Positions 40,071-49,789 of a stretch of 58,963 bases of DNA are shown here, one piece after another (position 1 is the first letter of the stretch; every line of letters begins with the position of its first letter). The DNA is taken from IMG/VR virus record IMGVR_UViG_3300024264_002160, positions 1 to 58,963 of that record; one strand, given 5' to 3'. A program made the translations under genes and the position numbers. The DNA is from a virus. Lineage: Duplodnaviria > Caudoviricetes. The notes beneath the pieces are model-generated. The model searched no databases. It was not told the DNA's origin and was given only the letters and a program-made list of their open reading frames with translations.

Positions 40071-41068
40071 TGTTTTATAACCTGCCACTGAGTTACATAC
40101 ACATAGAGCTTACTACAAAGTGTAATGCTGCGTGTCCTATGTGTATGCGTAACTTAAATGGTGATAGAGATCATCCTAGCCTTGTTAAACAAGACTTTGA
40201 TATTGACTGGTTAGATAATTTAGACCTACCAGCAAACAAACTAACACTGTGTGGCAATTACGGCGACCCGTGTGTACATCCACAGTTACATACTATAATT
40301 GATCGTTGGTTAACCAAACACAACAAGCCTATATTAATGATGACCAACGGCGGTGCTAGAAAGCCTGAGTACTGGGCAAGTTTAGCACAGCTTGCTGGAG
40401 ATCGTTTACATGTTGTGTTTGGTATTGATGGATTAGCTGATACTAATCATTTGTACAGACGCCATGTACAGTGGGATAAACTTATGCTTAATACTCAAGC
40501 ATATATAAACGCAGGTGGCAATGCTACATGGAAGTATATTATATTTGATCACAACAAACATCAAGTTGAAAGCGCAAATGCTCTGGCAAAACAAATGGGG
40601 TTTCGTAAGTTTGAAAAAATTAAAACAAATAGATTTGAGCAGGACTTTCTTCCTGTTTTTGATAAAGACGCAAATGAACTTTATAGACTGTATGAAGCAA
40701 AAATAGACAATACTGGATTTACTGCTAAAAACCCTAACAGAATACAAACTACAAAAGTATGGACTGGTGATATTGATTGTTATGCCAAGAAAGAAAGCAG
40801 TGTGTATATTGCTGCTGATGGCAGAGTGTATCCTTGTTGTAACACAGGATATCATTACAACGATGATAGGTCATTGAACAAAGAAATTATTGAATTACAA
40901 CAGCAAATTGGTGCGCCTAATTTAAAAACGCAACAGTTAAGCAAGATTGTTGATAGCAAGTTTTTTGAAACAATACAAAACAAATGGGAAGATACTCCAC
41001 TAAAGAAATGTAAAAAAACATGTGGTGTACTTAGAGATAATCTACATGCTGTTGAAACTTTTAGTTAA
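40070..41068 (+). CDS. Radical SAM enzyme, 'CGNxGD' type (rSAM 12)
   Basis: CNAACPMC, CGNYGDP, FGIDG and C-terminal C...YPCC...CKKTC. Start at GTG 40070 or ATG 40058. Confidence 0.9.
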   Translation: MFYNLPLSYIHIELTTKCNAACPMCMRNLNGDRDHPSLVKQDFDIDWLDNLDLPANKLTLCGNYGDPCVHPQLHTIIDRWLTKHNKPILMMTNGGARKPEYWASLAQLAGDRLHVVFGIDGLADTNHLYRRHVQWDKLMLNTQAYINAGGNATWKYIIFDHNKHQVESANALAKQMGFRKFEKIKTNRFEQDFLPVFDKDANELYRLYEAKIDNTGFTAKNPNRIQTTKVWTGDIDCYAKKESSVYIAADGRVYPCCNTGYHYNDDRSLNKEIIELQQQIGAPNLKTQQLSKIVDSKFFETIQNKWEDTPLKKCKKTCGVLRDNLHAVETFS

Positions 41069-41078
41069 CTAAACACTT

Positions 41079-41086
41079 AATAAATA
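41079..41086 (+). promoter_or_regulatory. Late-type promoter AATAAATA 5 nt upstream of ATG (possible leaderless transcript)
   Basis: aataaata-catat-ATG(41092). No SD sequence. Confidence 0.55.
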
Positions 41087-41091
41087 CATAT

Positions 41092-42501
41092 ATGAAAAAT
41101 AAAACTTTACCCTCAGAAACATTTTGTGCTTTACCCTGGATGCATCTTAGCAGTAGACCAGATGGTAAAATGCGTACTTGTTGTACCAGCAATGCTAGTA
41201 GCGTACAAGACCCCAATAGTGATATAAAAATTGGCGGCGGCGAAGTGGGCGTTGTTAAAACAGATGACGGCACACCAGCAAATTTTAATCACACAAGTTT
41301 AGAAGAAGCATGGAATAGCAGCTATATGCGTAATGTTCGTAATATGATGTTACGTGGTGAAAAGCCTGCTAGTTGCTTAAAATGCTACAAAGAAGAAGAG
41401 CAGGGGCATCTTAGTAAACGTAACTGGGAAACACAATATTGGGGTAATAGATTTAATATTGATGAACTAGTTGCTGAAACAAAAGAAGATGGAAGCATAC
41501 CTCCTAAAATTAGATATATTGATTTACGTTTAGGTAGTAAGTGTCAACTTGCCTGTGTAATGTGTTCACCACATGATAGTACAGGATGGATCAAAGATTG
41601 GCAAGCAATTAGTCCTAAAATAAAAAACAAAAAACTTGCTAATACTAGTCAGTGGGAAAATAAAGGTCGTAACAATGGAGCAAGTTATAATTGGCATAAA
41701 AATAATCCACGTTTTTGGAATGACCTTATGGATCAAATCCCTCATATGTATCAGCTATATTTTGCAGGCGGTGAGAGTCTTATCATTGATGAACACTACG
41801 AACTCTTAGAAGAATGTATAAAGCGTGGGCATGCCAAAAATATGGAACTACGTTATAACAGTAACGGTGTTGAATGGCGTAAAGATTTACCTGAGTTATG
41901 GAGTCACTTTAAGCGTGTACGTTTTCATTACAGTATAGATGCTCTGGGTGAACAAAACGATTATATACGTTATCCGAGTAATTGGGAACATCAAGAACGT
42001 GTATTCCACATGCTAGATAACACGGCACCACAGGTTGAAGTTACTACAGCTACTACTATAATGGCACTCAATGTAGCGTACATACCAGAGTTTGTCAAGT
42101 GGAAAGTTGAACAGGGATTTAAAAAGATCAACAGTTGGCCTTTTGGAGCGGGCGGTATTAATATGCACTTTGCTTATTGGCCACCTCAACTAAATGTAAA
42201 AGTATTGCCCGAACATATTAAACAAGAAATTACCGAGAAGTATGAGAATGAATTTTATCCATGGATGGAAGAAAACTGGCAGAGTTTTACAGGTGTAGAG
42301 CAAATGGGTATAACAAAAGAAGAATGGTTAAATGCGCCATATGGATTAAAACGCTTTAAAGGTATTATTAAATTTATGAACAGTGAAGACTGGAGTGCTA
42401 GACTGCCTGAAACAAAAGAGTATTTAAACTTACTTAATAAACATCGAGGCTGGCACAATAGATTCCCTGAAGTATTTCCTATACTGAAAGATATAGTATG
42501 A
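41092..42501 (+). CDS. Radical SAM enzyme, N-terminal twitch-like domain (rSAM 13)
   Basis: CQLACVMC, AGGES, CALPW.H...CC and CLKC. Confidence 0.9.
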   Translation: MKNKTLPSETFCALPWMHLSSRPDGKMRTCCTSNASSVQDPNSDIKIGGGEVGVVKTDDGTPANFNHTSLEEAWNSSYMRNVRNMMLRGEKPASCLKCYKEEEQGHLSKRNWETQYWGNRFNIDELVAETKEDGSIPPKIRYIDLRLGSKCQLACVMCSPHDSTGWIKDWQAISPKIKNKKLANTSQWENKGRNNGASYNWHKNNPRFWNDLMDQIPHMYQLYFAGGESLIIDEHYELLEECIKRGHAKNMELRYNSNGVEWRKDLPELWSHFKRVRFHYSIDALGEQNDYIRYPSNWEHQERVFHMLDNTAPQVEVTTATTIMALNVAYIPEFVKWKVEQGFKKINSWPFGAGGINMHFAYWPPQLNVKVLPEHIKQEITEKYENEFYPWMEENWQSFTGVEQMGITKEEWLNAPYGLKRFKGIIKFMNSEDWSARLPETKEYLNLLNKHRGWHNRFPEVFPILKDIV

Positions 42502-43817
42502 ATATAAACGAAGACAATTTCTGTGTTGTACCGTTTGTACAGCTCAATACTAGAGGTAAAGGCGATGCTAGAGTTTGTTGTAGTATTGAAGGTATTGATT
42601 ATGGCATACCCAAAGAGCTTGCTCTAGAGGAAATAAATGACGACACTTATAGTAGTGACACAGATGTTTATAATCTCAGCAAAGACAAAATAGAAGATTT
42701 ATGGAACGGAAAATTTATGAAAAATTTCCGTATGAGAATGCTCAGTGGTGAACGTATTAGTAACTGTGAGTTTTGTTTCAGAATGGAAAACAGCGGCTTT
42801 GGGAGTAAGCGTACTGGTAAAAACAAACGCTTCTTGGAAAAAGCAAAACCACATTTACTCAAGTATTGGGAAGCAAACGGTCATGTAGATATAATGCCAC
42901 AGTGGTGGGAAGTAAGACTTAGTACAAAGTGTAATCTAAGTTGTGTGATGTGTAGTCCAAATCTTAGCAGTATGATGTACAAAGAATACAGTAAGTGGGG
43001 CGATACTATGACCAATCAAATGCAAGGTAGTTTAGATATTGCCAAGCGTAGTGGACAAGAGTATCTCAGCCAAAGTGAGTTCTTTAGAGAACAAATTATG
43101 ACTAACTTACAACACGTATTGTTTATGGAGTTCAGAGGTGGCGAAGTATTTGCTGATAGACACAGTATAAACTTTATGTGGGAAATAGCAAACACAGAAT
43201 ATGCTAAAAACATCAGCCTTGACATCAGTACTAATGCAACACTAATAACACCTGAGATAGTTGATTTACTAAATCATTTTAAAGGTGGGCTACTACGTTT
43301 TAGTATTGATGCTGGGCAAGAAAAAGACGAATTAATACGTTATCACACAGACTGGAATAGTGTAATAAGCAGTATTGAAAACTCAAATAGTTTACATGAT
43401 GAATGGGAAATGGTTACACAAACTTGTTTACAAGCACTTAATTGTGTAGGCTTGGTGCCTATGTTGGAATACTTTGATAATATGTGTGAACGTACAAGTA
43501 ACCAACGCTTTCATTTAGGATTTACTAGTGTACGTGGTAAAGAATGGATGCGGCATGAACTAGTACCGTTGGAATATAGACAACAAGAGATTGAAGATTT
43601 AGAAAACTTTATTGATAATAGTTGGATGTGTAATCGCAGTAAGAGTAAAAACAGAGAAACTAAAACTGTACAAGGGTTAATAAAAGCACTAAGTGCGCCC
43701 ACTAGAGAAGACGATAATTTAAATAATAAAGCTCGAGAATATTATTTAAGATTAAACAAATTAAGAAATGTAGACTATTGGACTACATTCCCTCACTTGG
43801 AGTATTTAAATGAATAA
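42498..43817 (+). CDS. Radical SAM enzyme, N-terminal twitch-like domain (rSAM 14)
   Basis: CNLSCVMC, RGGEV, CVVPF...CC and CEFC. Confidence 0.88.
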   Translation: MNINEDNFCVVPFVQLNTRGKGDARVCCSIEGIDYGIPKELALEEINDDTYSSDTDVYNLSKDKIEDLWNGKFMKNFRMRMLSGERISNCEFCFRMENSGFGSKRTGKNKRFLEKAKPHLLKYWEANGHVDIMPQWWEVRLSTKCNLSCVMCSPNLSSMMYKEYSKWGDTMTNQMQGSLDIAKRSGQEYLSQSEFFREQIMTNLQHVLFMEFRGGEVFADRHSINFMWEIANTEYAKNISLDISTNATLITPEIVDLLNHFKGGLLRFSIDAGQEKDELIRYHTDWNSVISSIENSNSLHDEWEMVTQTCLQALNCVGLVPMLEYFDNMCERTSNQRFHLGFTSVRGKEWMRHELVPLEYRQQEIEDLENFIDNSWMCNRSKSKNRETKTVQGLIKALSAPTREDDNLNNKAREYYLRLNKLRNVDYWTTFPHLEYLNE

Positions 43818-45186
43818 CACACTATGTCCTGTTCCATGGATGAGTACAAGCCTTAGAGCAAATGGCGATATTAGAGTCTGCTGTCAAGCACAGCATGGAC
43901 CTACTGGCGGTATACTTCGAGATGAAAATGGCAAAGAATATAATGCCAGAAATGCAGACCTACAAATGGTTCGAAACAGCGACCTCAGCAAAGAAATACG
44001 CAAGTATATGATGGAAGGACGTTGGCATCCAGAATGTGTACGTTGTCAGACTGAAGTTGAAAGCGGAATGAATGCTCGTATAGAATATGAAAATAAAATA
44101 TGGATAGAGCGTGGCGAATTTAGTTGGGAAGACTTGTTGAGTAAAACTGAACAAGATGGTACTATACGTGCAGATGAAATCAACTGTAGCTTCTACGATG
44201 TACGCTTTGGTAACTTGTGTAATTTAAAATGTCGTATGTGCGGTCCCACTGACAGCAGCATGTGGTATGAAGATCAAGTTAAACTATGGCAAGACAGTTA
44301 CAAAGACAGTCATGGTAAAGTAAAATTAATTAAAAATGATAAAGGCAAGTATGAGCCTGAAGAGGACTTGTACAATTGGCACACCAGTGATCACTATTGG
44401 GTACAAATGGACGACAACATTGAACAGATACGTAAACTGTATATTGTTGGCGGCGAGCCATTGATGATTGACAGACACTATGAATTTTTACAAAAGTGTG
44501 TGGATCAAGGTCATGCTAAAAACATTATTGTAGAGTACAACACAAACCTTACCAATATACCACAACGTGCTTGGGATGTCTGGAAACATTTTAAACAAGT
44601 AAACATTGGTGCTAGTATTGACGGAGTAGGTGATATAAACTACTATATGCGTCCTCCTAGTAGGTTTGATAAAATATATGAAAATCTAATTAAAGTAAGT
44701 CAAGCTGAAGGCAACTTCAAAGTATGGATCGCGGCAACTATCAATGTGTTTAATGTACTACACTTTCCAGAGTTTATGGAATGGATATTGTTAAACAAGA
44801 TACCACGTGTAAATGACGATGACTGGCGTCCTATTATTACACCACATCCACTGCATGGTCCTAAGTTTTACAATATTAGAATGTTACCAGGTTGGGCAAA
44901 AGACCATATCAAACAAAAGTATGAAGACTACAAACCACGACTGTTAAAAATAATTGATGAAAGCGACTTTACAGAAGAACGTAAAGCCAGTAGTAGAAAA
45001 GAAGCAGTTGCACTTCTGGATCAATATGTAAAGTATATGTACGCCAAAGACTTCAGTGAACACTTGCCACAGTTTTGGTATGCGACACGTAGATTAGACA
45101 AGATACGTAATCATAGTATTGAAACATATATTCCAGAGCTGTACGAATTGTTAAAGGACACTGAAGTTGTTTCTGAATCTGAATGA
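43810..45186 (+). CDS. Radical SAM enzyme, N-terminal twitch-like domain (rSAM 15)
   Basis: CNLKCRMC, GGEP, CPVPW...CC and CVRC. Confidence 0.9.
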   Translation: MNNTLCPVPWMSTSLRANGDIRVCCQAQHGPTGGILRDENGKEYNARNADLQMVRNSDLSKEIRKYMMEGRWHPECVRCQTEVESGMNARIEYENKIWIERGEFSWEDLLSKTEQDGTIRADEINCSFYDVRFGNLCNLKCRMCGPTDSSMWYEDQVKLWQDSYKDSHGKVKLIKNDKGKYEPEEDLYNWHTSDHYWVQMDDNIEQIRKLYIVGGEPLMIDRHYEFLQKCVDQGHAKNIIVEYNTNLTNIPQRAWDVWKHFKQVNIGASIDGVGDINYYMRPPSRFDKIYENLIKVSQAEGNFKVWIAATINVFNVLHFPEFMEWILLNKIPRVNDDDWRPIITPHPLHGPKFYNIRMLPGWAKDHIKQKYEDYKPRLLKIIDESDFTEERKASSRKEAVALLDQYVKYMYAKDFSEHLPQFWYATRRLDKIRNHSIETYIPELYELLKDTEVVSESE

Positions 45187-46225
45187 GATTAAAATAATCC
45201 AAATGGATCACACCAGTAGGTGCCATCTAGCATGTCCGCAGTGTGCTAGATTCCACGGCAGTCAGACTGAACTTAATCCACACATGCCTATTGCTGATAC
45301 AACTGTAGACGACTATAAAATTATACTGGAACCATTTGATCGTGATAGTGTAAAACTATTTCACTGTGGTAACTTTGGCGACAGTCTTAGTAGCCCTACA
45401 CTAGATGATTGTATTGACTATAGTATAAGTCAAGGCGTTAAAGAATTTAAAATGGCAGTAAATGGTAGTGCCAGAACTTCTGCTTGGTGGCGTGACTTGG
45501 CACAAAAAAGTGATCGTATTACTGTAAACTTTAGTATAGACGGACTAGCTGATACCAATCATTTATATAGAGTAAACAGTAACTTTGATAAAATAATGAC
45601 CAACGCACAAGCATTTATAGATGCTGGCGGCAACGCCCGTTGGTACTTTATTGAGTTTGAACACAACTATCATCAGATAGAAACTGCAAAACAAATGGCA
45701 ACAGATATGGGATTCAAACAGTTTAATGCCAAGTATACAGGAAGATTTGCAGAACAACAACAAAAACAAATCGAAACTCGTAAAGGAAGTGTTGTAAAAG
45801 ATAAAAAAGACAATCACAATCAAAGCGATATGAACACTATTAAAAAAACTTACGATAGTTTTGACCAGTATATAGAGCAAACTCCTATTACGTGTAAATA
45901 CAAACAAGAAAACAGTGTGTTTATTGATATGAATATGCGTTTATGGCCATGTACTTGGATGGGAGCACCAGCATATTTTGGACCACACAATCCTCAACGT
46001 CAGAGTTTTGATAATATCTATAACTTATACGGACAAGATTTTAACGATATGAGAACACACGGCTGGGACGTACTACAACACGACTTCTTTGCTAAGTATT
46101 TAGATAGAAGTTGGCATAACGCAGACGAAAAATATAAAAGAATATATACCTGTGGTAGAACATGCGGCGACAAATTTGAATTTAGCAGTGGGTATGGTAA
46201 AAATACAAAGAGAGTAAATCTATGA
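45167..46225 (+). CDS. Radical SAM enzyme, 'CGNxGD' type (rSAM 16)
   Basis: CHLACPQC, CGNFGD, FSIDG and C-terminal C...WPC...CGRTC. TTG start. Confidence 0.88.
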   Translation: MFLNLNEIKIIQMDHTSRCHLACPQCARFHGSQTELNPHMPIADTTVDDYKIILEPFDRDSVKLFHCGNFGDSLSSPTLDDCIDYSISQGVKEFKMAVNGSARTSAWWRDLAQKSDRITVNFSIDGLADTNHLYRVNSNFDKIMTNAQAFIDAGGNARWYFIEFEHNYHQIETAKQMATDMGFKQFNAKYTGRFAEQQQKQIETRKGSVVKDKKDNHNQSDMNTIKKTYDSFDQYIEQTPITCKYKQENSVFIDMNMRLWPCTWMGAPAYFGPHNPQRQSFDNIYNLYGQDFNDMRTHGWDVLQHDFFAKYLDRSWHNADEKYKRIYTCGRTCGDKFEFSSGYGKNTKRVNL

Positions 46226-46878
46226 TAATAGAAAATAGTCAGGATATAATTGAATTTAATTTGCCAGATGACTTTAATAAAATAGGCATTAAACTGAGTG
46301 GTGGAGCAGACAGCGCAATAGTACTTTATATGTTGTGTAAGTATATCACAGAAACTAATAAAGAATGTGAAATTATTCCAATGACAGTTTGTCATGCGGG
46401 CAAGGCGTATCAGCTACAGTTTGCAACCAAAGTGATTTTCTTTATGGAAGAAACATTTCCTGGTATTAAATTTGGTATACATCCAACTGGTGTAAATTAT
46501 CATGGTGAAAGTTATGATTTGGTACAGCAAAAAGTAGTAGACAGCGCATATCGCAACAACCAAATAAACTGTCATTATGTGGGAATTACTAAAAATCCTC
46601 CCAGTGATGTAATGATAGCATTTGATCAAAATGGTCCTGTTGATGATAGAAATTCTGACACTGTTAAGCCAACTGTACGAGGCGGGCATGTGTTTTTACC
46701 TTTAATTAACATAGACAAACAGGGTGTAAGAGAACTGTATGAAAAATTTAATCTTATGGACACACTGTTTCCACTAACAAGAAGTTGCGAAGTATTCACC
46801 GACGACTTTAGCAAGCATTGTGAAACAGACTGTTGGTTTTGTTTAGAACGATATTGGGGGTTTGGTAGATATGAATGA
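46222..46878 (+). CDS. QueC-like PP-loop (adenine nucleotide alpha-hydrolase) enzyme
   Basis: PP-loop 'LSGGADS', 'PL...DK' and C-terminal Zn-type 'TRSC...HC...CWFC.ER'. Confidence 0.7.
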   Translation: MIIENSQDIIEFNLPDDFNKIGIKLSGGADSAIVLYMLCKYITETNKECEIIPMTVCHAGKAYQLQFATKVIFFMEETFPGIKFGIHPTGVNYHGESYDLVQQKVVDSAYRNNQINCHYVGITKNPPSDVMIAFDQNGPVDDRNSDTVKPTVRGGHVFLPLINIDKQGVRELYEKFNLMDTLFPLTRSCEVFTDDFSKHCETDCWFCLERYWGFGRYE

Positions 46879-48049
46879 TATAATATGTCCATTGGTATAC
46901 AACGGTATTGCTACAGATCCCAGTGGAGGAGTAAGACCTTGCTGTGTGTTTGATCAGAAATACAACTACAGAGGCAGCGTAGCAGAATACAAAGACAGTA
47001 AATTATGGAAAGAAATAGAACAAGACTTTCTAAATGGAAAGTACCATGTTGGATGTCATCACTGTGAAAGACAAGATTCTGCCGGAAGTAGTAGTAAGCG
47101 TACCAGAGAGGTTCGAAACTATCTAGAAAAATACAAACGTGACACAGTTGATTTAGAACATTTAAAAAGTATTGGATATGATTTAATTGATCTGAGGCTC
47201 AGTAACAAATGTAATCTAAGTTGTATTACCTGTAACCCCAAAAGCAGTAGTATGATATTTGATGAAACAAAAAAGCACTACGATGATACAATGTTTCACT
47301 ACAAGAACATATATGATTTAACCAAACACAGGGACTTAACCAATCCTTACAGTGATAAAAATATAGAAGATCTACTAAGTTGCATGAACAAAACCAGTAG
47401 ATTATATTTTACAGGCGGCGAACCCAGTGTTGTTAAAGGTGTACTTAAAATACTACAGAGATTGATTGACGAAGGTCTCAATGAAGATGTAGAAATAGAA
47501 TTTAACAGTAACTTTCAAACAACCAATCCCAAGTTTATAGAGCTGTTGAGTCATTTTCCTAGTGGACTTATGATGCCCAGCATTGACGGTGTTGGAGTGA
47601 GAGCAGAATATATACGCTACCCTAGTAATTGGGATATAGTTCATAAAAATATGAAGTACTTCACTGAACGATGTCCGGGTTGGCGTTTTCATGTAGCGCC
47701 TACTGTGAGTATACTAAGTTTGTTTTATCTAGACGAACTGTTAGAATATTGCTATAGAAATAATTATTTTTTAACTTTTACTAATATGTTATGGGGTCCG
47801 ACGTATTTAAATATCAGCAACATACCAGAAAAATACAAAGAGATAGCGATGAATAAATTAAGTAATATGGAAAAGCATATGAAAGTAAGAGGCTTAAAAA
47901 ATATAGAAACTTATCTTTACAGTGCAGATACAGATCTAGAACTGTTATCAAATGCTAGAAGCAATTTAAATAGACTTGACAAAATAAGAAAAAACAGCTA
48001 TCATGATAGCCTGCCAATACTAAAGGAGATGTTCGACGAATGCTTGTAA
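46871..48049 (+). CDS. Radical SAM enzyme, N-terminal twitch-like domain (rSAM 17)
   Basis: CNLSCITC, TGGEP, CPL...PCC and CHHC. Likely ATG at 46871. Confidence 0.9.
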   Translation: MNDIICPLVYNGIATDPSGGVRPCCVFDQKYNYRGSVAEYKDSKLWKEIEQDFLNGKYHVGCHHCERQDSAGSSSKRTREVRNYLEKYKRDTVDLEHLKSIGYDLIDLRLSNKCNLSCITCNPKSSSMIFDETKKHYDDTMFHYKNIYDLTKHRDLTNPYSDKNIEDLLSCMNKTSRLYFTGGEPSVVKGVLKILQRLIDEGLNEDVEIEFNSNFQTTNPKFIELLSHFPSGLMMPSIDGVGVRAEYIRYPSNWDIVHKNMKYFTERCPGWRFHVAPTVSILSLFYLDELLEYCYRNNYFLTFTNMLWGPTYLNISNIPEKYKEIAMNKLSNMEKHMKVRGLKNIETYLYSADTDLELLSNARSNLNRLDKIRKNSYHDSLPILKEMFDECL

Positions 48050-48594
48050 TAGGAAATAAAGAATATGGATTAGCAGAAAGTATTGCTAAACTTTATCCAC
48101 ATGCAGAATACTACAGTAGATCCAGTGGATACAACATGGGAAAGCGTGATGTTAGACAGCAAGCGAGTGGAAAATCACTAGACCACGACGTGGTAATACT
48201 ATGTAGCGCATTAGGTGACTTTAGTCAAGTGTTACTTGCTGAAGCTATAGCAAAAGAATGGGTTAAAAATAATCACCAAGGTTATCTAATAGCCGTTGGA
48301 AGTAGTGCAGACACACCTGTTAAAGGATCCCAATGGATTTACCCTGTTGAAAAACGTGCATTGCGAGCATATATGAGACAACTCAGTCAAGCATGCAGTA
48401 GTGATACTCCACCCGCTTGCAAAACAACTTACATTGCTCCGGGCAATATGCATACTCCTAGACAAGATGAAAAAATGCCCGACACTCTGAAGTTAGACAC
48501 AGACTATGTTGCTGGTGTAATTAAATGGTTAATAGATCAACCTCACAATGTTAATATCAGTGAGCTATGTTTGGATCGTATTCAAAAAGTGTAA
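48040..48594 (+). CDS. Minimal short-chain dehydrogenase/reductase-like protein
   Basis: Degenerate Rossmann 'VIGN..YGLA', 'VGSS', catalytic YxxxK (YPVEK) and SDR C-terminal 'P.NVNI.E'. Confidence 0.65.
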   Translation: MLVIGNKEYGLAESIAKLYPHAEYYSRSSGYNMGKRDVRQQASGKSLDHDVVILCSALGDFSQVLLAEAIAKEWVKNNHQGYLIAVGSSADTPVKGSQWIYPVEKRALRAYMRQLSQACSSDTPPACKTTYIAPGNMHTPRQDEKMPDTLKLDTDYVAGVIKWLIDQPHNVNISELCLDRIQKV

Positions 48595-49748
48595 TAGGGA
48601 TAAACTGTTTTAAAATCCTGCGATCTAGACTTATCCCAAAAAGCAGTGTGTGATTTAAACTTATCTAAGATATTGGATTTATCTTCACTGTACATGTATG
48701 TTAAAATATAGTCACATAGATTTTTAATAGTTTCATTTTTGTAGTTGTAGTTGTGATATTTTTGTTTTATAATATCTTTTTGACTCTGTGGTAACACTGT
48801 TAACCCCAAATACAATGGAAACGTTAGGTGTGTAGGGTTTAACATAATATTTCTATCATCCAACCATTCAAGTGTTTCAGGCAAATGATAAGCATTATAG
48901 ATTGTAACCGTGGGTCTTGCTACCACAGTCATTCCAACAGTGTCTGCTATTTCTACATATTTGTCAATATTTTTCAGTGCGCTTTCGTGATTGGTCAAGT
49001 GTCGTTGATATTCATTTTCTTCTTTAATAATACTATCTAAACTAACAGCAAGTTCAATATGGTCAAACTCTTTCCATATATCTACAATTTTCTTCTTGGG
49101 CCACACTGTACAATTGGTACTATAGTTTAATCTTATGTTTTTAGCATAGCCCTTTTCCACAGCATGTTCTATTAGTTTCCAATGATCAGGAATAATAAGG
49201 GGCTCGCCGCCTGTAAATTTAATATATTTCATATCCTTTAGATGAGGGTATATACTATCTAAATTTGCTTTTGTATGTTTTATCTTAGAGCCAGGTTCAC
49301 TGCCAATAGCCTTTCCAACAAACGTTTTGCCATGATATTCTTGTTCTTCATCAAACAGTTTAAAACTATATCGACTGTCGCACATTCTACACATAAGATT
49401 ACAGTCGTTACTTAGGCTAAGTTCCAAGTATTCTAACTTATAATTTTCAGTATCAACAGTTTTAGCGCCAACTTTTGGATGTTCGTTGAGACGCATACGT
49501 AAACTTTTTTTATTGTTGTCTTCTTCTTCATAGCAACGTGTACATCCTTCCAATCTTTCTCCAGCAAGTATACGCTTGCGAAGATCGTTTTGAAAGTCAC
49601 TGTCGAATATTTCCTGGATACTATAATTATCCAGTGTATGATCTTTGGGACGATAGTCTTCTAAGAATCTACAACAGGGCTTTACTCTACCGGTACCGTC
49701 TACCATCTGGTGATTCCATAATACTGAACAAAAGGTTTTATTTTCCAT
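48582..49748 (-). CDS. Radical SAM enzyme, N-terminal twitch-like domain (rSAM 18)
   Basis: CNLMCRMC, TGGEP, CSVLW.H...PCC and CTRC. Likely ATG at 49748 (MENKTFC). Confidence 0.9.
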   Translation of the reverse strand: MENKTFCSVLWNHQMVDGTGRVKPCCRFLEDYRPKDHTLDNYSIQEIFDSDFQNDLRKRILAGERLEGCTRCYEEEDNNKKSLRMRLNEHPKVGAKTVDTENYKLEYLELSLSNDCNLMCRMCDSRYSFKLFDEEQEYHGKTFVGKAIGSEPGSKIKHTKANLDSIYPHLKDMKYIKFTGGEPLIIPDHWKLIEHAVEKGYAKNIRLNYSTNCTVWPKKKIVDIWKEFDHIELAVSLDSIIKEENEYQRHLTNHESALKNIDKYVEIADTVGMTVVARPTVTIYNAYHLPETLEWLDDRNIMLNPTHLTFPLYLGLTVLPQSQKDIIKQKYHNYNYKNETIKNLCDYILTYMYSEDKSNILDKFKSHTAFWDKSRSQDFKTVYPYYTF

Positions 49749-49761
49749 AAATATATTTATA
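49746..49761. promoter_or_regulatory. Abutting late-type promoters serving divergent genes
   Basis: CATAAATA on plus (49746-49753) and TATAAATA on minus (49754-49761). The minus-strand motif lies 5 nt upstream of ATG 49748. Confidence 0.62.
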
Positions 49762-49789
49762 TACATATATAATTACAAAAGGAGCAATC

